A DNA stretch of 64,000 bases from Eledone cirrhosa (taxonomy: Eukaryota): assembly GCA_964016885.1 (NCBI GenBank), contig OZ024741.1, forward strand, positions 255,874,001-255,938,000, read 5' to 3'. Both the position numbers and the translations under genes were made by a program. Below the pieces are notes generated by a model. The model searched no databases, was not told the DNA's origin, and saw nothing but the letters and a program-made list of their open reading frames with translations. Positions 11,598 to 25,926 of the stretch are shown here, piece by piece. Every line of letters begins with the position of its first letter. The first letter of the stretch is position 1.

Positions 11598-14500
11598 TAC
11601 GGGTGTTTCGACTTACGGGTCTTTCGACTTAAGAGTGTTTCGACTTACGAGCGCTTCGACTTACGAGTGTTTCGGCGTATGAGTGTTTTGACTTACGAGT
11701 GTTTCGACTTACGAGTGTTTCGACTTACGAGTGTTTCGAATTACGAGTGTTTCGACTTACGAGTGTTTTGACTTACGGGTGTTTTGACATACGAGTGTTT
11801 CGACTTACGAGTCTTTCGGCTTACGAGTGTTTCGACTTACTAATGTTTTTACTTACGAGTGTTTCGGCGTACGAGTGTTTCGACTTCCGAGTGTTTCGAC
11901 TTACAGGTGTTTTGACTTACGGTTGTTTCGGCTTACGAGTGTTTTGACTTACGAGTGTTTTGACTTAAGGGTGTTTCGACTTACGAGTATTTTTGGCTTA
12001 CGAGTGTTTCGACTTACGAGTGTTTTGACTTACGAGTGTTCTGATTTACGGATGTTTCGACATACGAGTGTTTCGACTTACGAGTGTTTCGACTTATGAG
12101 TGTTTCGACTTACGAGTGTTTCGACTTACGAGTGTTTCGACTTACGAGTGTTTCGACTTACGAGTGTTTCGGCTTACGAGTGTTTTGACTTACGAATGTT
12201 TTGACTTACGATTGTTTCGGTTTACGAGTGTTTCGACTTACGAGTGTTCTGACTACGAGTGTTCTGACTTACGGGTGTTCTGTCTTACGAGTGTTCCGAC
12301 TTACGAGTGTTTCGGCTTATGAGTGTTTCGACTTACGAGTGCTTCGACTTACGAGTGTTTCGGCTTAAGGGTGTTTCGACTTACGAATGTTTTTGCTTAC
12401 GAGTGTTTCGGCTTACGAGTGTTTCGGCTTATGAGTGTTTCGACTTACGAGTGTTTTGACTTACGGGTGTTTTGACATACGAGTGTTTCGATACGATTGT
12501 TCTGACTTACGAGTGTTTCCGCTTACGAGTGTTTCGGCTTACGAGTGTTTCGACTTACTAATGTTTTTACTTACGAGTGTTTCGGTGTACGAGTGTTTCG
12601 ACTTAAGGATGTTTCGACTTACGAGTGTTTCGACTTACGGGTGTTTCGACTTACGGGTCTTTCGACTTAAGAGTGTTTCGACTTACGAGCGCTTCGACTT
12701 ACGAGTGTTTCGGCGTATGAGTGTTTTGACTTACGAGTGTTTCGACTTACGAGTGTTTCGACTTACGAGTGTTTCGAATTACGAGTGTTTCGACTTACGA
12801 GTGTTTTGACTTACGGGTGTTTTGACATACGAGTGTTTCGACTTACGAGTCTTTCGGCTTACGAGTGTTTCGACTTACTAATGTTTTTAATTACAAGTGT
12901 TTCGGCGTACGAGTGTTTCGACTTCCGAGTGTTTCGACTTACAGGTGTTTTGACTTACGGTTGTTTCGGCTTACGAGTGTTTTGACTTACGAGTGTTTTG
13001 ACTTAAGGGTGTTTCGACTTACGAGTATTTTTGGCTTACGAGTGTTTCGACTTACGAGTGTTTTGACTTACGAGTGTTCTGATTTACGGATGTTTCGACA
13101 TACGAGTGTTTCGACTTACGAGTGTTTCGCTTATGAGTGTTTCGACTTACGAGTGTTTCGACTTACGAGTGTTTCGACTTACGAGTGTTTCGACTTACGA
13201 GTGTTTCGGCTTACGAGTGTTTTGACTTACGAATGTTTTGACTTACGATTGTTTCGGTTTACGAGTGTTTCGACATACGAGTGTTCTGATTACGAGTGTT
13301 CTGACTTACGGGTGTTCTGTCTTACGAGTGTTCCGACTTACGAGTGTTTCGGCTTATGAGTGTTTCGACTTACGAGTGCTTCGACTTACGAGTGTTTCGG
13401 CTTAAGGGTGTTTCGACTTACGAATGTTTTTGCTTACGAGTGTTTCGGCTTACGAGTGTTTCGGCTTATGAGTGTTTCGACTTACGAGTGTTTTGACTTA
13501 CGGGTGTTTTGACATACGAGTGTTTCGATACGATTGTTCTGACTTACGAGTGTTTCCGCTTACGAGTGTTTCGGCTTACGAGTGTTTCGACTTACTAATG
13601 TTTTTACTTACGAGTGTTTCGGTGTACGAGTGTTTCGACTTAAGGATGTTTCGACTTACGAGTGTTTCGACTTACGGGTGTTTCGACTTACGGGTCTTTC
13701 GACTTAAGAGTGTTTCGACTTACGAGCGCTTCGACTTACGAGTGTTTCGGCGTATGAGTGTTTTGACTTACGAGTGTTTCGACTTACGAGTGTTTCGACT
13801 TACGAGTGTTTCGAATTACGAGTGTTTCGACTTACGAGTGTTTTGACTTACGGGTGTTTTGACATACGAGTGTTTCGACTTACGAGTCTTTCGGCTTACG
13901 AGTGTTTCGACTTACTAATGTTTTTACTTACGAGTGTTTCGGCGTACGAGTGTTTCGACTTCCGAGTGTTTCGACTTACAGGTGTTTTGACTTACGGTTG
14001 TTTCGGCTTACGAGTGTTTTGACTTACGAGTGTTTTGACTTAAGGGTGTTTCGACTTACGAGTATTTTTGGCTTACGAGTGTTTCGACTTACGAGTGTTT
14101 TGACTTACGAGTGTTCTGATTTACGGATGTTTCGACATACGAGTGTTTCGACTTACGAGTGTTTCGACTTATGAGTGTTTCGACTTACGAGTGTTTCGAC
14201 TTACGAGTGTTTCGACTTACGAGTGTTTCGACTTACGAGTGTTTCGGCTTACGAGTGTTTTGACTTACGAATGTTTTGACTTACGATTGTTTCGGTTTAC
14301 GAGTGTTTCGACTTACGAGTGTTCTGATTACGAGTGTTCTGACTTACGGGTGTTCTGTCTTACGAGTGTTCCGACTTACGAGTGTTTCGGCTTATGAGTG
14401 TTTCGACTTACGAGTGCTTCGACTTACGAGTGTTTTGGCTTCCGAATGTTTCGGCTTAAGGGTGTTTCGACTTACGAATGTTTTTGCTTACGAGTGTTTC

Positions 14501-14710
14501 GGCTTACGAGTGTTTCGGCTTATGAGTGTTTCGACTTACGAGTGTTTTGACTTACGGGTGTTTTGACATACGAGTGTTTCGATACGATTGTTCTGACTTA
14601 CGAGTGTTTCCGCTTACGAGTGTTTCGGCTTACGAGTGTTTCGACTTACTAATGTTTTTACTTACGAGTGTTTCGGTGTACGAGTGTTTCGACTTAAGGA
14701 TGTTTCGACT
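11598..14710 (+). repeat. 1038-bp higher-order repeat, about 3 copies
   Basis: ORFs 11699/12737/13774 and 12435/13472 (offsets 1038 and 1037). Confidence 0.92.
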
Positions 14711-17700
14711 TACGAGTGTTTCGACTTACGAGTGTTTCGACTTACGAGTGTTTCGACTTACGAGTGTTTTGGCTTCCGAATGTTTTGACTTACGGGTGTT
14801 TCGACTTACGAGTGTTTCGGCTTATGAGTGTTTCGACTTACGGGCGTTTCGACTTACGGGTGTTTCGACTTACGAGTGTTTTGGCTTACGAATGTTTTGA
14901 CTTACGGGTGTTTCGACTTACGAGTGTTTCGACTTATGAGTGTTTCGACTTACGAGTGTTTCAGCTTATGAGTGTTTCGACTTACGAGTGCTTCGGCTTA
15001 CGAGTGTTTCGACTTACGAGTATTTCGACTTACGAGTGTTTCGGCTTACGAGTGTTTCAGTGTTTCGGCTTACGTGTGTTTCGACTTACGAGTGTTTCGA
15101 CTTACGACTGTTTCGGCTTACGAGTGTTTCGGCTTACGAGTGTTTCGGCTTACGAGTGTTTTGACTTACGATTGTTTGGCTTACGAGTGTTCTGACTTAC
15201 GGGTGTTCTGACTTACGAGTGTTCCGACTTACGAGTGTTTCGGCTTATGAGGGTTTCGACTTACGAGTGCTTCGGCTTATGAGTGTTTCGACTTACGAGT
15301 GCTTCGGCTTACGAGTGTTTCGACTTACGAGTATTTCGGCTTACGAGTGTTTCGACGTACGAATGTTTTGGCTTACGAGTGTTTCGGCTTATGAGTGTTT
15401 CGGCTTACGAGTGTTTCGGCTTACGAGTGTTTCGGCTTACGAGTGTTTCAGTGTTTCGGCTTACGTGTGTTTCGACTTACGAGTGTTTCGACTTACGACT
15501 GTTTCGGCTTACGAGTGTTTCGGCTTACGAGTGTTTCGGCTTACGAGTGTTTTGACTTACGATTGTTTGGCTTACGAGTGTTCTGACTTACGGGTGTTCT
15601 GACTTACAAGTGTTCCGACTTACGAGTGTTTCGGCTTATGAGGGTTTCGACTTACGAGTGCTTCGGCTTACGAGTGTTTCGACTTACGAGTGTTTCGGCT
15701 TACGAGTGTTTCGACTTACGAGTGTTTTGACTTACGGTGTTTCGGCTTACGAGTGTTTCGACATACGAGTGTTTTGACGTACGGGTGTTTCGACTTACGG
15801 GTCTTTCGACTTAAGAGTGTTTCGACTTACGAGCGCTTCGACTTACGAGTGTTTCGACTTACGAGTGTTTCGGCGTATGAGTGTTTTGACTTACGAGTGT
15901 TTCGACTTACGAGTGTTTCGACTTACGAGTGTTTCGAATTACGAGTGTTTCGACTTACGAGTGTTTTGACTTACGAGTGTTTTGACTTACGGTGTTTCTG
16001 CTTACGAGTGTTTCGACTTTCGAGTGTTATGACTTACGGGTGTTTTGACATACGAGTGTTTCGACTTACGAGTCTTTCGGCTTACGAGTGTTTCGACTTA
16101 CTAATGTTTTTACTTACGAGTGTTTCGGCGTACGAGTGTTTCGACTTCCGAGTGTTTCGACTTACAGGTGTTTTGACTTACGGGTGTTTCGGCTTACGAG
16201 TGTTTTGACTTACGAGTGTTTTGACTTAAGGGTGTTTCGACTTACGAGTATTTTTGGCTTACGAGTGTTTCGACTTACGAGTGTTTTGACTTACGAGTGT
16301 TCTGATTTACGGATGTTTCGACATACGAGTGTTTCGACTTACGAGTGTTTCGACTTATGAGTGTTTCGACTTACGAGTGTTTCGACTTACGAGTGTTTCG
16401 GCTTACGAGTGTTTCGACATACGAGTGTTTTGACTTACGGGTGTTTCGGCTTACGAGTGTTTCGACTTACGAGTGTTTTGACTTACGGGTGTTTCGACTT
16501 ACGAGTATTTTTGGCTTACGAGTGTTTCGACTTACGAGTGTTTTGACTTACGAGTGTTCTGATTTACGGATGTTTCGACATACGAGTGTTTCGACTTACG
16601 ACTGTTTCGACTTACGAGTGTTTTGACTTACGGTGTTTCGGCTTACGAGTGTTTCGACTTACGAGTGTTTTGACTTACGGGTGATTTGACATACGAGTGT
16701 TTCGATACGAGTGTTCTGACTTACGAGTGTTCTGACTTACGAGTGTTTTGACTTACGAGTGTTCTGACTTACGAGTGTTCCGACTTACGAGTGTTCCGAC
16801 TTACGAGTGTTTCGGCTTACGAGTGTTTCCGGCTTACGAGTGTTTCGACTTACGAGTGTTTCGGCTTACGACTGTTTCGACTTACGAGTGTTTTGACTTA
16901 CGGTGTTTCGGCTTACGAGTGTTTCGACTTACGAGTGTTTTGACTTACGGGTGATTTGACATACGAGTGTTTCGATACGAGTGTTCTGACTTACGAGTGT
17001 TCTGACTTACGAGTGTTTTGACTTACGAGTGTTCTGACTTACGAGTGTTCCGACTTACGAGTGTTCCGACTTACGAGTGTTTCGGCTTACGAGTGTTTCC
17101 GGCTTACGAGTGTTTCGACTTCCGAGTGTTTTGACTTACGGTGTTTCGGCTTACGAGTGATTCGACTTACGAGTGTTTTGACTTACGGGTGATTTGACTT
17201 ACGGGTGTTGTGAATTACGAGTGTTCCGATTTACGAGTGTTTTGACTTACGGTGTTTCGGCTTACGAGTGATTCGACTTACGAATGTTTTGACTTACGGG
17301 TGTTTCGGCTTGCGAGTGTTTCGACTTACGAGAGTTTCGGCTTATGGGTGTTTCGACTTACTAATGTTTTTACTTACGAGTGTTTCGGCGTACGAGTGTT
17401 TTGACTTACGAGTGTTTCGACTTACGAGTGTTTCGACTTACGAGTGTTTCGGCTTACGTGAGTTTCGACTTAAGAGTGTTCTGATTTACGAGTGTTCTGA
17501 CTTGCGGGTGTTCTGATTTACGAGTGTTCCGACTTACGAGTGTTTCGGCTTATTAGTGTTTCGACTTACGAGTGTTTCGGCTTACGAGTGTTTCGACTTA
17601 TGGGTGTTTCGACTTACGAGTGTTTTTACTTACGGTGTTTCGGCTTACGAGTGTTTCGACATACGAGTGTTTTGACTTACGGGTGTTTCGACTTACGAGT

Positions 17701-18850
17701 GTTTTGACTTACGAATGTTTTGACTTACGGGTGTTTCGGCTTACGAGTGTTTCGACTTACGAGTGTTTCGGCTTACGAGTGTTTCGACTTATGGGTGTTT
17801 CGACTTACGAGTGTTTTTACTTACGGTGTTTCGGCTTTCGAGTGTTTCGACGTAAGAATGTTTTGGCTTACGAGTGTTTCGGCTTATGAGTGTTTCGGCT
17901 TACGAGTGTTTCGACTTACGAGTGTTTCGGCTTACGTGTGTTTCGACTTACGAGTGTTTCGACTTACGACTGTTTCGGCTTACGAGTGTTTCGGCTTACG
18001 ACTGTTTCGACTTACGAGTGTTTTGACTTACGAATGTTTTGACTTACTAATGTTTTTACTTACGAGTGTTTCGGCGTACGAGTGTTTCGACTTACGAGTG
18101 TTTCGACTTACGGGTGTTTTGACTTACGGGTGTTTCGGCTTACGAGTGTTTTGACTTACGAGTGTTTTGACTTAAGGTTGTTTCGACTTACGAGTATTTT
18201 TGGCTTACGAGTGTTTCGACTTACGAGTGTTTTGACTTACGAGTGTTCTGATTTACGGATGTTTCGACATACGAGTGTTTCGACTTACGAGTGTTTCGAC
18301 TTATGAGTGTTTCGACTTACGAGTGTTTCGGCTTATGAGTGTTTCGACTTACGAGTGCTTCGGCTTACGAGTGTTTCGACTTACGAGTATTTCGGCTTAC
18401 GAGTGTTTCGACGTACGAATGTTTTGGCTTACGATTGTTTCGGCTTATGAGTGTTTCGGCTTACGAGTGTTTCGACTTACGAGTGTTTCAGTGTTTCGGC
18501 TTACGTGTGTTTCGACTTACGATTGTTTCGACTTACGACTGTTTCGGCTTACGAGTGTTTCGGCTTGCGAGTGTTTCGGCTTACGAGTGTTTTGACTTAC
18601 GAGTGTTTTGACTTACGATTGTTTGGCTTACGAGTGTTCGGACTTACGGGTGTTCTGACTTTCGAATGTTCCGACTTACGAGTGTTTCGGCTTGTGAGGG
18701 TTTCGACTTACGAGTGCTTCGGTTTACGAGTGTTTCGATTTATGAGTGTTTCGGCTTACGAGTGTTTCGACTTACGAGTGTTTCGACTTACGAGTGTTTT
18801 GACTTACGGTGTTTCGGCTTACGAGTGTTTCGACATACGAGTGTTTCGAA

Positions 18851-20575
18851 TTACGAGTGTTTCGACTTACGAGTGTTTTGACTTACGAGTGTTTTGACTT
18901 CGGTGTTTCTGCTTACGAGTGTTTCGACTTACGAGTGTTATGACTTACGGGTGTTTTCACATACGAGTGTTTCGATACGAGTGTTCTGACTTACGAGTGT
19001 TCTGACATACGAGTGTTCTGACTTACGAGTGTTTCGACATACGAGTGTTTTGACTTACGGGTGTTTCGACTTACGAGTGTTTTCACTTACGAATGTTTTG
19101 ACTTACGGGTGTTTCGGCTTACGAGTGTTTCGACTTACGAGTGTTTCGGCTTACGAGTGTTTCGACTTACTAATATTTTTACTTACGAGTGTTTCGGCGT
19201 ACGAGAGTTTTGACTTACGCGTGTTTCGACTTGCGAGTGTTTCGACTTACGAGTATTTTGACTTACGAATGTTTTGACTTACGGGTGTTTCGGCTTACGA
19301 GTGTTTCGACTTACGAGTCTTTCGGCTTACGAGTGTTTCGACTTACTAATGTTTTTACTTACGAGTGTTTCGGCGTACGAGTGTTTCGACTTCTGAGTGT
19401 TTCGACTTACGGGTGTTTTGACTGACGGGTGTATCGGCTTACGAGTGTTTTGACTTACGAGTGTTTTGACTTAAGGGTGTTTCGACTTACGAGTATTTTT
19501 GGCTTACGAGTGTTTCGACTTACGAGTGTTTTGACTTACGAGTGTTCTGATTTACGGATGTTTCGACATACGAGTGTTTCGACTTACGAGTGTTTCGACT
19601 TATGAGTGTTTCGACTTACGAGTGTTTCGACTTACGAGTGTTTCGGCTTGTGATTGTTTCGACTTACGAGTGTTTTGACTTACGGTGTTTCAGCTTACGA
19701 GTGTTTCGACTTACGAGTGTTTTGACTTACGAGTGTTTTGACTTCGGTGTTTCTGCTTACGAGTGTTTCGACTTACGAGTGTTATGACTTACGGGTGTTT
19801 TCACATACGAGTGTTTCGATACGAGTGTTCTGACTTACGAGTGTTCTGACTTACGAGTGTTCTGACTTACGAGTGTTTCGACATACGAGTGTTTTGACTT
19901 ACGGGTGTTTCGACTTACGAGTGTTTTCACTTACGAAAGTTTTGACTTACGGGTGTTTCGGCTTACGAGTGTTTCGACTTACGAGTGTTTCGGCTTACGA
20001 GTGTTTCGACTTACTAATATTTTTACTTACGAGTGTTTCGGCGTACGAGAGTTTTGACTTACGCGTGTTTCGACTTGCGAGTGTTTCGACTTACGAGTAT
20101 TTTGACTTACGAATGTTTTGACTTACGGGTGTTTCGGCTTACGAGTGTTTCGACTTACGAGTCTTTCGGCTTACGAGTGTTTCGACTTACTAATGTTTTT
20201 ACTTACGAGTGTTTCGGCGTACGAGTGTTTCGACTTCCGAGTGTTTCGACTTACGGGTGTTTTGACTGACGGGTGTATCGGCTTACGAGTGTTTTGACTT
20301 ACGAGTGTTTTGACTTAAGGGTGTTTCGACTTACGAGTATTTTTGGCTTACGAGTGTTTCGACTTACGAGTGTTTTGACTTACGAGTGTTCTGATTTACG
20401 GATGTTTCGACATACGAGTGTTTCGACTTACGAGTGTTTCGACTTATGAGTGTTTCGACTTACGAGTGTTTCGAATTACGAGTGTTTCGGCTTGTGATTG
20501 TTTCGACTTACGAGTGTTTTGACTTACGGTGTTTCAGCTTACGAGTGTTTCGACTTACGAGTGTTTTGACTTACG
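18851..20575 (+). repeat. 844-bp higher-order repeat, 2 copies
   Basis: ORFs 19029/19873, 19189/20033 and 19590/20434. Shared rare variants GACTGACGGGTGTATCGG and TTACGCGTG. Confidence 0.9.
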
Positions 20576-21068
20576 GGTGTTTTGACATACGAGTGTTTCG
20601 ATACGAGTGTTCTGACTTACGAGTGTTCTGACTTACGAGTGTTTTGACTTACGAGTGTTCTGACTTACGAGTGTTCCGACTTACGAGTGTTCCGACTTAC
20701 GAGTGTTTCGGCTTACGAGTGTTTTGACTTAAGGGTGTTTCGACTTACGAGTGTTTCGATACGAGTGTTTCGACTTACGAGTGTTTCGGCTTACGAGTGT
20801 TTCGACTTACGAGTGTTTCGACTTACGAGTGTTCCGACTTACGGGTGTTTCGACTTACGAGTGTTTTGGCTTACGGTGTTTCGACTTACGAGTGTTTCGA
20901 GTTAAGAGTGTTTTGACTTACGAGTGTTCTGATTTACGAGTGTTCTGACTTACGAGTGTTCTGACTTACGAGTGTTCTGACTTACGAGTGTTCTGACTTA
21001 CGAGTGTTCCGACTTTACGAGTGTTTCGGCTCACGAATGTTTCGGCTTACGAGTGTTTCGACTTACGA

Positions 21069-21137
21069 AAATAACAAATAGACGCGGTTTCAAATCTCTA
21101 TGCTTTTCAAATTCATTACATTAATCTTTATTTATAC
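21069..21137. repeat. 69-bp AT-rich segment, copy 3
   Basis: Same sequence, with the internal ATG at 21100. Confidence 0.97.
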
Positions 21138-24100
21138 GTTTCGCTTTACGAGTGTTTCGACTTACGAGTGTTTCGACATACGAGTGTTTCGACTTACGAA
21201 TGTTTTTGCTTACGGGTGTTTCTACTTACGAATGTTTTTGCTTACGAGTGTTTCGGTTTACGAGTGTTCCGACTTACGAGTGTTCCGACTTACGAGTGTT
21301 TCGGCTTACGAGTGTTTCCGGCTTACGAGTGTTTCAACTTACGAGTGTTCTGACTTACGAGTGTTCTGACTTACGGATGTTTCGACACACGAGTGTTTCG
21401 AATTACGAGTGTTTCGACTTACGAGTGTTTTGACTTACGGGTGTTTTGACATACGAGTGTTTCGATACGAGTGTTTCGACTTACGAGTGTTCTGACTTAC
21501 CAGTGTTCTGATTTACGGATGTTTCGACATACGAGTGTTTCGACTTACGAGTGTTTCGACTTATGAGTGTTTCGACTTACGAGTGTTTCGGCTTACGAGT
21601 GTTTCGACTTACGAGTGTTTTGACTTACGGTGTTTCGGCTTACGAGTGTTTCGACTTACGAGTGTTTTGACTTACGGGTGTTTTGACATACGAGTGTTTC
21701 GATACGAGTGTTCTGACTTACGAGTGTTCTGACTTACGAGTGTTCTGACTTACGAGTGTTCTGATTTACGGATGTTTCGACATACGAGTGTTTCGACTTA
21801 CGAGTGTTTCGACTTATGAGTGTTTCGACTTACGAGTGTTTCGGCTTACGAGTGTTTCGACTTACGAGTGTTTTGACTTACGGTGTTTCGGCTTACGAGT
21901 GTTTCGACTTACGAGTGTTTTGACTTACGGGTGTTTTGACATACGAGTGTTTCGATACGAGTGTTCTGACTTACGAGTGTTCTGACTTACGAGTATTTTG
22001 ACTTACGAGTGTTCTGACTTACGGGTGTTTCGACTTACGAGTATTTTTGGCTTACGAGTGTTTCGCTTTAGAGTGTTTTGACTTACGAGTGTTCTGATTT
22101 ACGGATGTTTCGACATACGAGTGTTTCGACTTACGAATGTTTCGACTTATGAGTGTTTCGACTTACGAGTGTTTCGGCTTACGAGTGTTTCGACTTACGA
22201 GTGTTTTGACTTACGGTGTTTCGGCTTACGAGTGTTTCGACTTACGAGTGTTTTGACTTACGGGTGTTTTGACATACGAGTGTTTCGATACGAGTGTTCT
22301 GACTTACGAGTGTTCTGACTTACGAGTGTTTTGACTTACGAGTGTTCTGACTTACGAGTGTTCCGACTTACGAGTGTTCCGACTTACGAGTGTTTCGGCT
22401 TACGAGTGTTTCCGGCTTACGAGTGTTTCGACTTCCGAGTGTTTTGACTTACGGTGTTTCGGCTTACGAGTGATTCGACTTACGAGTGTTTTGACTTACG
22501 GGTGATTTGACTTACTGGTGTTGTGAATTTCGAGTGTTCCGATTTACGAGTGTTTTGACTTACGGTGTTTCGGCTTACGAGTGATTCGACTTACGAATGT
22601 TTTGACTTACGGGTGTTTCGGCTTGCGAGTGTTTCGACTTACGAGTGTTTCGGCTTATGGGTGTTTCGACTTACTAATGTTTTTACTTACGAGAGTTTCG
22701 GCGTACGAGTGTTTTGACTTACGAGTGTTTCGACTTACGAGTGTTTCGACTTACGAGTGTTTCGACTTACGAGTGTTTCGGCTTACGTGAGTTTCGACTT
22801 AAGAGTGTTCTGATTTACGAGTGTTCTGACTTGCGGGTGTTCTGATTTACGAGTGTTCCGACTTACGAGTGTTTCGGCTTATTAGTGTTTCGACTTACGA
22901 GTGTTTCGGCTTACGAGTGTTTCGACTTATGGGTGTTTCGACTTACGAGTGTTTTTACTTACGGTGTTTCGGCTTACGAGTGTTTCGACATACGAGTGTT
23001 TTGACTTACGGGTGTTTCGACTTACGAGTGTTTTGACTTACGAATGTTTTGACTTACGGGTGTTTCGGCTTACGAGTGTTTCGACTTACGAGTGTTTAGG
23101 CTTACGAGTGTTTCGACTTACTAATGTTCTTACGAGTGTTTCGGCGTACGAGAGTTTTGACTTACGAGTGTTTCGACTGACGAGTGTTTCGACTTACGAG
23201 TGTTTAGACTTACGAATGTTTTGACTTACGGGTGTTTCGGCTGACGATTGTTTCGACTTACGAGTCTTTCGGCTTACGAGTGTTTCGACTTACTAATGTT
23301 TTTACTTACGAGTGTTTCGGCGTACGAGTGTTTCGACTTACGAGTGTTTCGACTTACGGGTGTTTTGACTTACGGGTGTTTCGGCTTACGAGTGTTTTGA
23401 CTTACTAATGTTTTTACTTACGAGTGTTTCGGCGTACGAGTGTTTCGACTTCTGAGTGTTTCGACTTACGGGTGTTTTGACTGACGGGTGTATCGGCTTA
23501 CGAGTGTTTTGACTTACGAGTGTTTTGACTTAAGGGTGTTTCGACTTACGAGTATTTTTGGCTTACGAGTGTTTCGACTTACGAGTGTTTTGACTTACGA
23601 GTGTTCTGATTTACGGATGTTTCGACATACGAGTGTTTCGACTTACGAGTGTTTCGACTTATGAGTGTTTCGACTTACGAGTGTTTCGACTTACGAGTGT
23701 TTCGGCTTGTGATTGTTTCGACTTACGAGTGTTTTGACTTACGGTGTTTCAGCTTACGAGTGTTTCGACTTACGAGTGTTTTGACTTACGGGTGTCTTGA
23801 CATACGAGTGTTTCGATACGAGTGTTCTGACTTACGAGTGTTCTGACTTACGAGTGTTTTGACTTACGAGTGTTCTGACTTACGAGTGTTCCGACTTACG
23901 AGTGTTCCGACTTACGAGTGTTTCGGCTTACGAGTGTTTTGACTTAAGGGTGTTTCGACTTACGAGTGTTTCGATACGAGTGTTTCGACTTACGAGTGTT
24001 TCGGCTTACGAGTGTTTCGACTTACGAGTGTTTCGACTTACGAGTGTTCCGACTTACGGGTGTTTCGACTTACGAGTGTTTTGGCTTACGGTGTTTCGAC

Positions 24101-25857
24101 TTACGAGTGTTTCGAGTTAAGAGTGTTTTGACTTACGAGTGTTCTGATTTACGAGTGTTCTGACTTACGAGTGTTCTGACTTACGAGTGTTCTGACTTAC
24201 GAGTGTTCTGACTTACGAGTGTTCCGACTTTACGAGTGTTTCGGCTCACGAATGTTTCGGCTTACGAGTGTTTCGACTTACGAGTGTTTCGACATACGAG
24301 TGTTTCGACTTACGAATGTTTTTGCTTACGGGTGTTTCGACTTACGAATGTTTTTGCTTACGAGTGTTTCGGTTTACGAGTGTTCCGACTTACGAGTGTT
24401 CCGACTTACGAGTGTTTCGGCTTACGAGTGTTTCCGGCTTACGAGTGTTTCAACTTACGAGTGTTCTGACTTACGAGTGTTCTGACTTACGGATGTTTCG
24501 ACACACGAGTGTTTCGAATTACGAGTGTTTCGACTTACGAGTGTTTTGACTTACGGGTGTTTTGACATACGAGTGTTTCGATACGAGTGTTTCGACTTAC
24601 GAGTGTTCTGACTTACCAGTGTTCTGATTTACGGATGTTTCGACATACGAGTGTTTCGACTTACGAGTGTTTCGACTTATGAGTGTTTCGACTTACGAGT
24701 GTTTCGGCTTACGAGTGTTTCGACTTACGAGTGTTTTGACTTACGGTGTTTCGGCTTACGAGTGTTTCGACTTACGAGTGTTTTGACTTACGGGTGTTTT
24801 GACATACGAGTGTTTCGATACGAGTGTTCTGACTTACGAGTGTTCTGACTTACGAGTGTTCTGACTTACGAGTGTTCTGACTTACGAGTGTTCTGATTTA
24901 CGGATGTTTCGACATACGAGTGTTTCGACTTACGAGTGTTTCGACTTATGAGTGTTTCGACTTACGAGTGTTTCGGCTTACGAGTGTTTCGACTTACGAG
25001 TGTTTTGACTTACGGTGTTTCGGCTTACGAGTGTTTCGACTTACGAGTGTTTTGACTTACGGGTGTTTTGACATACGAGTGTTTCGATACGAGTGTTCTG
25101 ACTTACGAGTGTTCTGACTTACGAGTGTTTTGACTTACGAGTGTTCTGACTTACGAGTGTTCCGACTTACGAGTGTTCCGACTTACGAGTGTTTCGGCTT
25201 ACGAGTGTTTCCGGCTTACGAGTGTTTCGACTTCCGAGTGTTTTGACTTACGGTGTTTCGGCTTACGAGTGATTCGACTTACGAGTGTTTTGACTTACGG
25301 GTGATTTGACTTACTGGTGTTGTGAATTTCGAGTGTTCCGATTTACGAGTGTTTTGACTTACGGTGTTTCGGCTTACGAGTGATTCGACTTACGAATGTT
25401 TTGACTTACGGGTGTTTCGGCTTGCGAGTGTTTCGACTTACGAGTGTTTCGGCTTATGGGTGTTTCGACTTACTAATGTTTTTACTTACGAGTGTTTCGG
25501 CGTACGAGTGTTTTGACTTACGAGTGTTTCGAGTTACGAGTGTTTCGGCTTGCGAGTGTTTCGGCTTACGAGTGTTTCGACTTACGAATGTTTCGACTTA
25601 CGAGTGTTCCGACTTACGGGTGTTTCGACTTACGAGTGTTTTGGCTTACGGTGTTTCGGCTTACGAGTGTTTCGAGTTACGAGTGTTTTGAATTACACGT
25701 GTTTTGACATACGAGTGTTTCGATACGAGTGTTCTGACTTACGAGTGTTCTGACTTACGAGTGTTCTGACTTACGAGTGTTCCGACTTACGAGTGTTCCG
25801 ACTTTACGAGTGTTTCGGCTCACTAGTGTTTCGGCTTACGAATGTTTCGACTTACGA

Positions 25858-25926
25858 AAATAACAAATAGACGCGGTTTCAAATCTCTATGCTTTTCAAA
25901 TTCATTACATTAATCTTTATTTATAC
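25858..25926. repeat. 69-bp AT-rich segment, copy 4
   Basis: Same sequence, ATG at 25889. Shares the private flank variants GGCTCACTAG and CTTTACAAG with copy 2. Confidence 0.97.

Larger units (their letters stand above)
9860..25545 (+). repeat. ~15.68-kb tandem segmental duplication, copy 1
   Basis: Collinear ORF and variant matches: 10204/25889, 10781/26450, 13472/29142, 17572/33242, 21100/36778 and 25380/41058 (offsets 15669-15694). Confidence 0.93.
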
